From an uncultured Desulfosarcina sp. (GTDB lineage Bacteria > Desulfobacterota > Desulfobacteria > Desulfobacterales > Desulfosarcinaceae), in the NCBI GenBank assembly GCA_963674945.2, contig CAXXWQ010000003.1, positions 960,001-1,024,000 on the forward strand: a DNA stretch of 64,000 nucleotides, given 5' to 3'. Shown piece by piece: positions 19,941-28,456 of the stretch (position 1 is the first letter of the stretch; each line of letters starts with the position of its first letter). The notes beneath the pieces were generated by a model. The model was not told the DNA's origin, ran no database searches, and was given only the letters and a program-made list of their open reading frames with translations. A program made the translations under genes and the position numbers.

Positions 19941-21191
19941 TCAGGACGAACGAAAAGGCCGCCAGGTTTTCGCCAAAGACCGCCAACGCTGAAATCGGAA
20001 GAACGTTTTTAAAACCATCGCCATCATTTTTGCTTTTCTGTTTTCAAATTCGCAGACAACCTCCTTCAGCATGTCCGGGATCGCTATACTCTGGGGGCAT
20101 TGTTTTGCACACTTCCCGCACTCTTTGCACTGAGAAGCCAAAGAAGGTTTACCATCGGCGATCCCTGACAAATTAAACACATACATCCCCAATGCGCTGC
20201 GATCTTCAAACATGTGGCGACGATTATAAGATTCAAAGCAGCCGGGGATATTCACACCTTCCGGGCAAGGCATGCAATATTGACAGCCCGTACAAGGTAC
20301 TTTCATTAATTCACGGTAGGCTTTTTCAACTCGCTCATAGAGTGATATTTCATGTGGCGTCAGCGAGTACGGCTCTGCCTCGGACGCAATCTTGATATTC
20401 TCCTCGATATGACGCTCTTCATTCATGCCGGAGAGGAGAACAGTCACATTCGGATGATTCCATACCCATCGCAACGCCCACTCGGCGGGAGAGCGCTTCA
20501 CCTCCGCTTCATCCCAGATCGCCTGCACTTTTTTGGGAATTTCACCAACGAGATTTCCGCCCCGCAAAGGTTCCATGATCACGATACCAAGATCTTTTGC
20601 CGCGGCATATTCCAGGCCTTCTTTGCCGGCCTGATTTTTCTCATCCAGAAAATTATATTGAATCTGACAAAAATCCCAGTCAAATGCATCGACGATCAGC
20701 TTGAATTCATCCAACGGCATATGCGATGAAAAACCGGCATTGGCAATTCGACCGTCTTTTTTTGCCTGGACAAGGAAATCGGTAATGCCCAAACCGCATA
20801 AACGATCCCATTTATTTTTCCATATATTATGGACCAGATAATAATCGATCTGATCCGTCTTCAGGTTTTTTAACTGGGCGTTTAGTAAACGGTCCATATC
20901 GTCCCGCGTTTTCACGGACCAGTGGGGCAGCTTCGTGGCGAGTCTGACTTTTCGACGATACCCATCAGACAGGGCTCTTCCTAAAAAAGGCTCGCTGCCA
21001 CCCATATGGTAGGGCATGGCCGTATCAAAATAGTTGACGCCTTGTTCGATGGCATGGCGGATTTGTCTTGTCGCTCTCTCCTCATCAATCTTTCCTTCAC
21101 CGGGAGTGCCTTTCTTCTGCGGAAGCCGCATGCAACCAAAACCCAATATGGATAAGCGATCTCCATTTTTCGGCATCTCCCGGTAAAGCAA
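19941..21191 (-). CDS. aldo/keto reductase with C-terminal 4Fe-4S domain
   Basis: LGFGCMRLP, FDTAMPY, ATKLP, MEPLRGG, CTGCQYCMPCP, CKECGKCAKQCPQ. Confidence 0.92.
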   Translation of the reverse strand: MLYREMPKNGDRLSILGFGCMRLPQKKGTPGEGKIDEERATRQIRHAIEQGVNYFDTAMPYHMGGSEPFLGRALSDGYRRKVRLATKLPHWSVKTRDDMDRLLNAQLKNLKTDQIDYYLVHNIWKNKWDRLCGLGITDFLVQAKKDGRIANAGFSSHMPLDEFKLIVDAFDWDFCQIQYNFLDEKNQAGKEGLEYAAAKDLGIVIMEPLRGGNLVGEIPKKVQAIWDEAEVKRSPAEWALRWVWNHPNVTVLLSGMNEERHIEENIKIASEAEPYSLTPHEISLYERVEKAYRELMKVPCTGCQYCMPCPEGVNIPGCFESYNRRHMFEDRSALGMYVFNLSGIADGKPSLASQCKECGKCAKQCPQSIAIPDMLKEVVCEFENRKAKMMAMVLKTFFRFQRWRSLAKTWRPFRSS

Positions 21192-21237
21192 TTTTCACCT
21201 CCGTTCAAATAAAATTGAACAATTTACGCTCACTAGT

Positions 21238-21408
21238 TAGTGTCTATCCAGAAATAGGCAAATTTGGTCGAGATCAAGGCGCACGAAAAATTTTACCGCA
21301 GGTGCCCGAAGGAAATACCCTTGGGGTGCATATGGTTGATATTCCGAGGATAAAATTTTTCGCGCAACGCGGATATCGGGCAAATTGGCCATTTCTGGAT
21401 GGGTACTA
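21238..21408. mobile_element. MITE/REP-like palindromic element, copy 1
   Basis: Imperfect terminal inverted repeats TAGTGTCTATCCAGAAATAGGCAAATTTG / CAAATTGGCCATTTCTGGATGGGTACTA; near-identical copy at about 46856. Confidence 0.8.
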
Positions 21409-21409
21409 G

Positions 21410-21778
21410 TTAACGGAGAGAATAGATCTCACCAACAGCCACTTTTACCACACATTTTGGTTCGATATTCTTCTTGGAGAACAGTTCCTTGTATTGGTCG
21501 AATACTTCGCCGCTCGTCTCTATGGTGGCTTTTCCTTTGATCTGGTGCTGCTGCATAATTTCAGCATCGACGACAGTTACCGCCACATTCGGGTTTTCAT
21601 GGACATTCTTGAATGTTTTTCCTTCGCTGGCGCAGGCAAAACATATGGTTTCATCGTCTAACACCATGGGTGATCCCATGGCCACGGTGTTCGGGATGCC
21701 TTCCTTGCTCGCAGTACCCACCATGGAATACCGTTTGTTCTTAAACATCTCCTTCATCTCGTCATTCAAGACTGCCAT
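21410..21778 (-). CDS. pyridoxamine 5'-phosphate oxidase-like FMN-binding protein
   Basis: VGTASKEGIPN, KTFKNVHENPNVAV, QIKGKA; AAGGAGG RBS. Confidence 0.85.
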   Translation of the reverse strand: MAVLNDEMKEMFKNKRYSMVGTASKEGIPNTVAMGSPMVLDDETICFACASEGKTFKNVHENPNVAVTVVDAEIMQQHQIKGKATIETSGEVFDQYKELFSKKNIEPKCVVKVAVGEIYSLR

Positions 21779-21837
21779 GATGCCCTCCTTGGCTTTTCCT
21801 GTTTGAAGTCGCACTTTATCACTGCCAGACAACCACT

Positions 21838-22803
21838 TTAATAGATTACTTTTATTGGAACGCCAACCCCGCTCACCTTTTCCACAAGAGATTCGATGAA
21901 CTCCGTTTCCAGGGTATCCACACCCTCAAGCGGGTATTCCATATCCAATGCATCGTATTTCCCTGAGCCAAACTTGTGATAGGGTAAAAGATTAACCTCA
22001 ATATCACCTAACTCGTGTGCAAATTGGACGGTCTGCTCAATATTTTCCAAAGTGGCGTTGCATTCCGGTATCAAAGGGACCCTGATGATCATCGAAATTC
22101 CTTTGTCGGCAATCAGCTTGGCATTTTTCAAGATGATCTCATTACTCACACCCGTCAGCCTTTCGTGAAGCGCGGGATCAATCGCTTTGATGTCGTAGAG
22201 CACCAGGTCAACATGCTCCAGAACCGACGCCAGGGTTTCAGAGGATACAAATCCGCAGGTATCCAATGTGGTATGTAGTCCACGCTTCTGACATCTTTCC
22301 AAAAATGCCGAGAGAAAAGCCGGTTGGCCACATGCCTCACCACCGGATGCCGTTACACCACCGCCGGAATTTCGATAATAGTCCATGTCTTTCAGCACAA
22401 TATCCATCACTTCGTCCACGGTATATTCCTTGCCCGTGATCTTTCGTGCCTCATTCAAACAGGCTGATTCGCATTTCCCGCACCCGTTGCAGCGTCTCCT
22501 ATCCGTAGCCACGAATCCATCATCCCGAACCAGGATCGCTTTATTGGGGCAGACATCGATGCACCGATGGCACTGGGAGCAAAGATTTTCCCGGTACAGA
22601 ATCTCAGGACTCTTCCTCTGTGACTCAGGATTGCTGCACCACAGGCAAGCCAGCGGACACCCTTTGAAAAAGACCGTGGTTCGAATTCCCGGACCATCCT
22701 GGACGGAAAACCGCTGGATATCGAAAATGCGACCCTTCAGCTCTTCCGTTTCCTCTGCATCTACATCATTCGGTTCATAGGCGGTGGCTTGATTTGTATC
22801 CAT
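21838..22803 (-). CDS. glycyl-radical enzyme activating enzyme (radical SAM, ferredoxin insert)
   Basis: DGPGIRTTVFFKGCPLACLWCSNPES, two CxxCxxCxxxC motifs, SGGE, LLPYH. Confidence 0.95.
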   Translation of the reverse strand: MDTNQATAYEPNDVDAEETEELKGRIFDIQRFSVQDGPGIRTTVFFKGCPLACLWCSNPESQRKSPEILYRENLCSQCHRCIDVCPNKAILVRDDGFVATDRRRCNGCGKCESACLNEARKITGKEYTVDEVMDIVLKDMDYYRNSGGGVTASGGEACGQPAFLSAFLERCQKRGLHTTLDTCGFVSSETLASVLEHVDLVLYDIKAIDPALHERLTGVSNEIILKNAKLIADKGISMIIRVPLIPECNATLENIEQTVQFAHELGDIEVNLLPYHKFGSGKYDALDMEYPLEGVDTLETEFIESLVEKVSGVGVPIKVIY

Positions 22804-23061
22804 CTTTCAAATTCCTTTGTTTTATCCGCGAATTTCCCAAACTTGGCTGATATTCTCAGACAGGAGGGGACAGACGCTCAAGTTTCGAATATGCCTCTCG
22901 GTTATTTGATGTATCTTCGGGCGACATTACGATCGAGAACTGTAGTTACCTTTTGTACGGCACTGGATGTTTCATATGAACCATTACAGGCGTAAGCCGC
23001 CACGGCCTTTCGGCAGTGACGGCTTCTCTTTGACTTTGGATCAGAATCTGTTTCCCATGGA

Positions 23062-25581
23062 CTACATGGCGTGTTCCGTCCGGGTGATGATTTCGTCCCG
23101 TACTTCCGGCGTCAGCTCGATCCAGTAAGCACTGTATCCCGCAACCCGTACCACCAGGTCCTGGTAATTCTCCGGATGGGCTTTGGCATCCAGAAGGGTT
23201 TTTCTGTTCAAAATATTCAGCTGCAACTGGGATCCGCCCTTGGCAAAAAAAGTGCTAAGCAAGGCGGCAAACTTCTGCTTGCCCTCATTGCTTCCAAGAA
23301 CGCCGGCGGAAAACTTCATGTTCATCAGTGAGCTCTCCATGCCCATCATGTCACATTTCGCCGATGAATTCATCACGGCCGTGGGACCGTTCTTGTCGCA
23401 GCCGCGAACGGGTGACAACGACCCGTCGGCCAGGGGTTCCCCCTTCTTCTTCCCGTTTGGCAGCGCTCCGGTTTCTGCGGCAACCCACTGGGCCCACGCG
23501 GCGCCCTGACGGAAGAGTCTGGGCGGACGGCCAAGGATGTCACGATAGGAGAGTGCCTCGTCCCGGGTCCAGGACCAGATATGCGCCATCAGTTCGTCGG
23601 GCTCTTCCAGGTCGTTGCCGTACTTGGGATAATCCATCAGTCTTTTCCGCAGTTCCTCATGCCCCTCGAAATCCGCCTTGAGCGCCGCGAGAAGTTCGTC
23701 CATGGTGCAGATCTTGTCTTCGAACACCGCATGCTTGATCGCGATCAGAGAATCGGTGGTGTCCGGAAAGGCCCGGTCCACGAAGGAGCCGCCCTCCAGC
23801 TGCATGGCGGTCGTGCAACCATGATGGTTGCAGTCCTTGCCGCTCTCGACGCAGCCTTCCAGCCAGGCCGAGGCGATCGGCATATAGGCTTCGCCGGTGC
23901 CGTCGCAATGCCTGTCTCCATCATTTCCCAGGTTCATGTGGAAGGCGTAATGGTGCTTCACCTGTGTCTTGTAGGCTTCCAGAACCTCATCGAAGGTCGT
24001 AAATTCTCTCGGGTCTCCCGTGTCCGTTCCCAGTTTGAACCCGGAATCCGGATCCACGCCCCGATTGAGCGCCATCTGGAGCAGTTTGCCGTGATGCACG
24101 AATCCGGGCCCCGGTCCCATGCCCCAGTTGAAGGTCTTGCAGATACCGGTATTCACACAGCCGGCCATGGACCAGTCCCGCGCCTCTTCATGGGGAACAC
24201 CGCGACTCATCAGGTACTCCATGTTGTTGCGGTCGTTGAACCAGGCCGGGATGCCTGCGCCGTGATTCTTGTTGCACTCGATGGCCGCATCCAGAAATTC
24301 CGGTTTCATGGCGTGGTGATAGCGAATGGAGATGTGCGGCTGGTGCGTCCTGAGCTGGCCTGCCACGTGCAACACCATACAACCCCACTCATTGGAGCAG
24401 TCTCTGCCCCTCCGGTCGATTCCGCCCAGGGTGACGTTGACGATGTAGTTGGCCTGGGCCACCGCCTGATGGTCCCGCCGGCCCGCAAGCCCCGTGAACA
24501 GAAAAGGCTCCAGCGAATCCCAGAATACGAAGATGTTCCCCATCAGTTCCGCCGCTTCCTGGCGACTCATGCGGCCTTCGTTGATGTCCTTCATGTAAAA
24601 CGGGAACAGGTACTGATCGAAACGGCCGGCGTAATGGTTGGAGATGGCCTTTTCCATGTCGTGTACCACCGGTATGAACCAATAGGCCTGCAGCGCTTCC
24701 CTGAAGGTCCGCGGCGGATTTTCGGACACCCATTCGCACACATCGCCGATCTCTTTCAGCTCTTTCTTTCTGGTGGCGTTCTTTTCTTTCTTCGCCAGCT
24801 TGCGCGCCGCTTCGGCGTGACGCTTGATGAATACCGAAAACCCCTTCTGGCCGATGACAAAGGATTCCAGAACCTTGATCTTGTCCGTGTCCTCCAGCGT
24901 GATCTTAGCCCCTTTGCGCTTGATTTCGGATATCCGCTCTTCGATTTCGGCGATGATGCCGTTGATCCCGATCTTCAGGTACTTCTCGAAGTCGCAGCCC
25001 ACGACCAGCGGGGTGTGTTCGCCCATCTGCAGAACGCCGCCCATGTTGAGCTTGGCCTGACCCATCTGATTTCTCTTTTCGCCGCCAAAGGCCACATTGG
25101 CCGCATGGCGTTTCTTGCCCAGACCCATGGCATCCCAGTATGTGGCCGCGGCACGGATGTCCTCGATGGTTTCGTCGGTGAGTTCGGCGTCCTGCTCCTC
25201 GCTGCCGGCGCTGGCCATCTTGTCCCGGTACTCCAGGATCATCAGTATCATTTCCGGGCCAAAGGTGTGGCCCGGATAGGCACCGCGATTGTAAGGCGTC
25301 GGCTTGCCCACGATCAGCTCGCCGTCCCGGATGACGATGGGCATCTTGGCCATGAGATTGGCTTCGCCCTTGGCTTTCCGAATCGCCGGATGCTCGCCCT
25401 CGGTTTCCCTGTAGGATTCCAGCCAGTATCTGGCCCTTTCGCCGGCGATGTGAACGCCGTCTTCCCTTACCCTGTTCTTGAGCATCTTGATCCGGTCGGT
25501 GAAGCCGTTGGTCTTGTAGACCTCTTCCAGATGGATCACCCGTGGATCAACCTTCGGTTCTTTGCTTTTTGAAGCGGCCAT
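23062..25581 (-). CDS. glycyl radical enzyme (PFL-like family), paralog 1
   Basis: VRVAGYS glycyl loop, AGCVN Cys loop, GRFDQYLFPF, PKYGND. Confidence 0.95.
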   Translation of the reverse strand: MAASKSKEPKVDPRVIHLEEVYKTNGFTDRIKMLKNRVREDGVHIAGERARYWLESYRETEGEHPAIRKAKGEANLMAKMPIVIRDGELIVGKPTPYNRGAYPGHTFGPEMILMILEYRDKMASAGSEEQDAELTDETIEDIRAAATYWDAMGLGKKRHAANVAFGGEKRNQMGQAKLNMGGVLQMGEHTPLVVGCDFEKYLKIGINGIIAEIEERISEIKRKGAKITLEDTDKIKVLESFVIGQKGFSVFIKRHAEAARKLAKKEKNATRKKELKEIGDVCEWVSENPPRTFREALQAYWFIPVVHDMEKAISNHYAGRFDQYLFPFYMKDINEGRMSRQEAAELMGNIFVFWDSLEPFLFTGLAGRRDHQAVAQANYIVNVTLGGIDRRGRDCSNEWGCMVLHVAGQLRTHQPHISIRYHHAMKPEFLDAAIECNKNHGAGIPAWFNDRNNMEYLMSRGVPHEEARDWSMAGCVNTGICKTFNWGMGPGPGFVHHGKLLQMALNRGVDPDSGFKLGTDTGDPREFTTFDEVLEAYKTQVKHHYAFHMNLGNDGDRHCDGTGEAYMPIASAWLEGCVESGKDCNHHGCTTAMQLEGGSFVDRAFPDTTDSLIAIKHAVFEDKICTMDELLAALKADFEGHEELRKRLMDYPKYGNDLEEPDELMAHIWSWTRDEALSYRDILGRPPRLFRQGAAWAQWVAAETGALPNGKKKGEPLADGSLSPVRGCDKNGPTAVMNSSAKCDMMGMESSLMNMKFSAGVLGSNEGKQKFAALLSTFFAKGGSQLQLNILNRKTLLDAKAHPENYQDLVVRVAGYSAYWIELTPEVRDEIITRTEHAM

Positions 25582-25634
25582 TTTACCTTCCCCCCATTGT
25601 ATTGTTTTCTGGACATCGCTGACGATTTAAATGA

Positions 25635-25663
25635 ATTTTATCAAGCGTCTATCAGACTGTCAA
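25635..25663 (-). promoter_or_regulatory. sigma70 promoter of GRE paralog 1
   Basis: TTGACA-N17-TAAAAT on minus strand. Confidence 0.75.
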
Positions 25664-25873
25664 TAAATAAGTCCCCGATTTTTATATTTTGATAGCTAAG
25701 TTTATTTTAAACTACCAAACATTGATTTTTTTTGCCCATGCGATCAATCTTTTGGCTTTTTTTCATCTTTCCGTTCTTCCTGGTAAATTGTTTTGACAGA
25801 TAATTGATGAGGCCCTACAAATCAGTTACCATTCAATGTGACGAAGATCAACATATTTGGCTTATGCTCATAT

Positions 25874-26443
25874 TGAAAGATCGTTTTGATTAGCGGTGAA
25901 AGCGGCACCGGCAAGGGGTTGTTGGCGCGATTGATTCATGACTGGAGCCCCCGAACGGGAAGGCCCTTCGTTACCGTCGATTGTGCCGCACTTCAGGAAA
26001 ACCTTCTGGAAAGCGACCTGTTCGGCCATGTCAAAGGTGCATTCACCGGTGCACTTCGGGACAAGGAAGGCAAACTCAAGACGGCTGAAGGAGGAACCGT
26101 ATTCCTCGACGAGGTACCCGGGGGGGACAATCTCGCAAACCTCAACAAAGCCATATGATATGTCCAGCAAAATGAGCATACCAACCGTCTCAAGGTCGTC
26201 ACGGTAATCAGCGAGCATGGAAAAGTTGCGCCGAATCTTCAACGGGACCTCGATATGCTTAATGAAACCTACCCCAATATCGACATCGAGTTGGTCATTC
26301 AATCCGGTAAATTCGGACCCGAAATGATCGATGCGCTTTCCCAAAAATGGCGCATCCCTACGAATCTGATGTTCATCGGTTCTCCAGGCAACCATTTCCT
26401 GTATGGTCTTGCCGAACTGGGGGGCGTTCGCCTCATCATCTGA
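25874..26443 (+). pseudogene. chimeric remnant: sigma54-activator AAA+ fragment joined to amino-acid permease C-terminus
   Basis: GESGTGK...[15 protein letters not shown]...FLDEV switches to [19 protein letters not shown]...FGPEMI...FIGSPG...GGVRLII in the same frame, with internal TGA. Confidence 0.7.
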
Positions 26444-26804
26444 TTGACCGGAAGATTATCTTCAGATTCCTTGCAGAATCATGGCCGATACCGAGCCCGA
26501 TCACCGGCAGCGCGAGTGGTTTTTTCCACACGGCCGGCTGGCATCGGACCTCTTGGCATTCGTGACGCGGTTGCGGATCTCCACAGCCCCCATTTTTATA
26601 TTTTTTGATATATAATTTGATTTATTTTGCGCTAAATATTAAGATAAAGTTTAAATTTATCATATTTTGACGGTTTTTTTGAAATCAGTTTCTATTTCCT
26701 GTGAAGTGATGATGATTCTGAAAAGCAAGATTTGAAAGACCAGGAACATATACATAAATTTATCGATTTTCATGCTGCTTGACCCAAATGAAAAAGGGAC
26801 ATGA

Positions 26805-27734
26805 ATGCCACTCGATACGCTTGACCAGACGCTCATCAAATTACTTAAAGTCGATGCCAGACAGCCGATTCAAACGCTTGCGAACAAGTTGGGAATAAAA
26901 AGCGCAACCGTCCGCTATCGTCTAAATCGGCTGATCGATGAGGGGATTATAAAGATCGCCTGCGTAACCAACTCCCAGGTTCTGGGGTATCGTTCTCTAG
27001 TCGTGATTGGCATCAATGTTTCACCAGGCAAGGCAGAAGCCGTCGCCAGCCAACTGGCACCGATGAGGGATGTTCGATCCGTATTTCTGACTGCTGGCCG
27101 GTTTAGCATCTTGGCATGGATTCTTTTTCGGGATCAGTCGGACCTGGGAGATTTTGTTTCGGAGGATTTGCCAGGCATATCCGACATCACGGATGTCGAA
27201 ATTATGAACTCTTATCGTTGGACGCAGTATTCCTGGAGTTTTTCCGCGTGTCAAAAAGAATACACCCAAAATGACCTTACCAGACTGGAACTGTCCATTA
27301 TCAGTGCGATGCGAGAGGCTCCCAGACAAAGCATCACCAAGCTTGCCCAAACCGTTGGGTGCAGCAGGGCGGTAGCAAAAGCAACGTTAGAAAAATTAAT
27401 TAAGGATGGAATCGTCAAGTTCAACGCGTTTCTAGACCCAACGAATATCGGTTACGATACGGGGGTAGCCATCTTCATCAAGTCCCAACCAGACAAAATC
27501 GACGCTGTCGCCAAAAAATTGTCCGCAGAAAATACAGAAACGCACGTGAACCTGATTTCCGGTCAATGGCATATCTATTTCAGAGGTCATTTTCGAAGTA
27601 GTAATCACCTGCAGAGCTTCTTGGTAGATACATTGGCAAACATACCGGGCGTCATCGCCTTTGATGTTGTCCATCTGATAAAAACGCTGAAATACTCCGT
27701 GAAATACTTCTTTAGCCCCCTTGATCTGGCCTAG
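26805..27734 (+). CDS. tandem Lrp/AsnC regulator (with GRE paralog 1)
   Basis: Two HTH+RAM repeats; highly similar to 31272..32201. Confidence 0.9.
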   Translation: MPLDTLDQTLIKLLKVDARQPIQTLANKLGIKSATVRYRLNRLIDEGIIKIACVTNSQVLGYRSLVVIGINVSPGKAEAVASQLAPMRDVRSVFLTAGRFSILAWILFRDQSDLGDFVSEDLPGISDITDVEIMNSYRWTQYSWSFSACQKEYTQNDLTRLELSIISAMREAPRQSITKLAQTVGCSRAVAKATLEKLIKDGIVKFNAFLDPTNIGYDTGVAIFIKSQPDKIDAVAKKLSAENTETHVNLISGQWHIYFRGHFRSSNHLQSFLVDTLANIPGVIAFDVVHLIKTLKYSVKYFFSPLDLA

Positions 27735-27802
27735 GATCGATTCAGAAATCGGAACACTTGCTATAGATCTTTCGCCTAAGATCGAATGGGACAGGCAGGA
27801 AA

Positions 27803-27928
27803 ACGAAAAATTTTTCCGTATGCACCCCAAGTAAATTTTCCTGGGGTACATACGATTGTTGAAATGTAGAGGAACTCATTTTGCCCGGCAAAGATACCGG
27901 ACGAGATGGCAATTTTTAGATGGGTAAT
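27803..27928. repeat. degenerate copy of the MITE/REP-like element
   Basis: CGAAAAATTTT, CCTGGGGTACATA, AAAGATA, ATTTTTAGATGGGTA match 21238..21408 in order. Confidence 0.5.
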
Positions 27929-27995
27929 GATGTTTATGAATATATTATGATTACTACCCTACTCTTGAATGAGAACCAGGATCAACAGGTAATCA

Positions 27996-28322
27996 TTACT
28001 TCCCTGCAGCCATTTTCTCCAAAAGAGCCTTTTTACAAACGGCTTCCGCCGGCTTGTAACTCCCCGCCCCGAATTCCCACCAGGTGCCGACATCTGTGAA
28101 TCCCAATTCCGCCGCTTTGTTGATTACGGCCTCGGCAGCACCGGTATCCTCGGAATAGGGCGTCAACTCGCTCCAGATGCTGTCTCCAGACGGATCGAGG
28201 AATCGTTCCGTATCGCCGATGATCTCATCGGCGGCAACCTCGTGACCCATCAGTTCTTTGGCCACCATCATGTTCAGTTCTCTTCCGGGCTTCATTTCGA
28301 GTATTTGGTTTTCTGTCATCAT
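27996..28322 (-). CDS. hypothetical protein resembling Phage ABA sandwich (BC1872-like) domain
   Basis: GRELNMMVAKELMG...PYSEDTGAA...PAEAVCKKAL; GGAGG RBS. Confidence 0.6.
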   Translation of the reverse strand: MMTENQILEMKPGRELNMMVAKELMGHEVAADEIIGDTERFLDPSGDSIWSELTPYSEDTGAAEAVINKAAELGFTDVGTWWEFGAGSYKPAEAVCKKALLEKMAAGK

Positions 28323-28456
28323 TTTCTATCCATGCCTCCATGGTAACCGATTTTTTTATCCATCATCTCTTTCGAAGCCCCCCAGTCATCTGACCGGGAG
28401 GCTTTTGGCTGTCTTTTCGTTAGAACGGTAGCATGAAAGAGTATTCAACCCCTTGC

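Noticed and set aside
23581..25572. 663-aa plus-strand ORF
   Set aside because: Antisense shadow of the GRE, with no motifs
26156..26158. In-frame TGA as selenocysteine
   Set aside because: Lies in a chimeric remnant, not at a redox Cys position, and no SECIS hairpin was recognised
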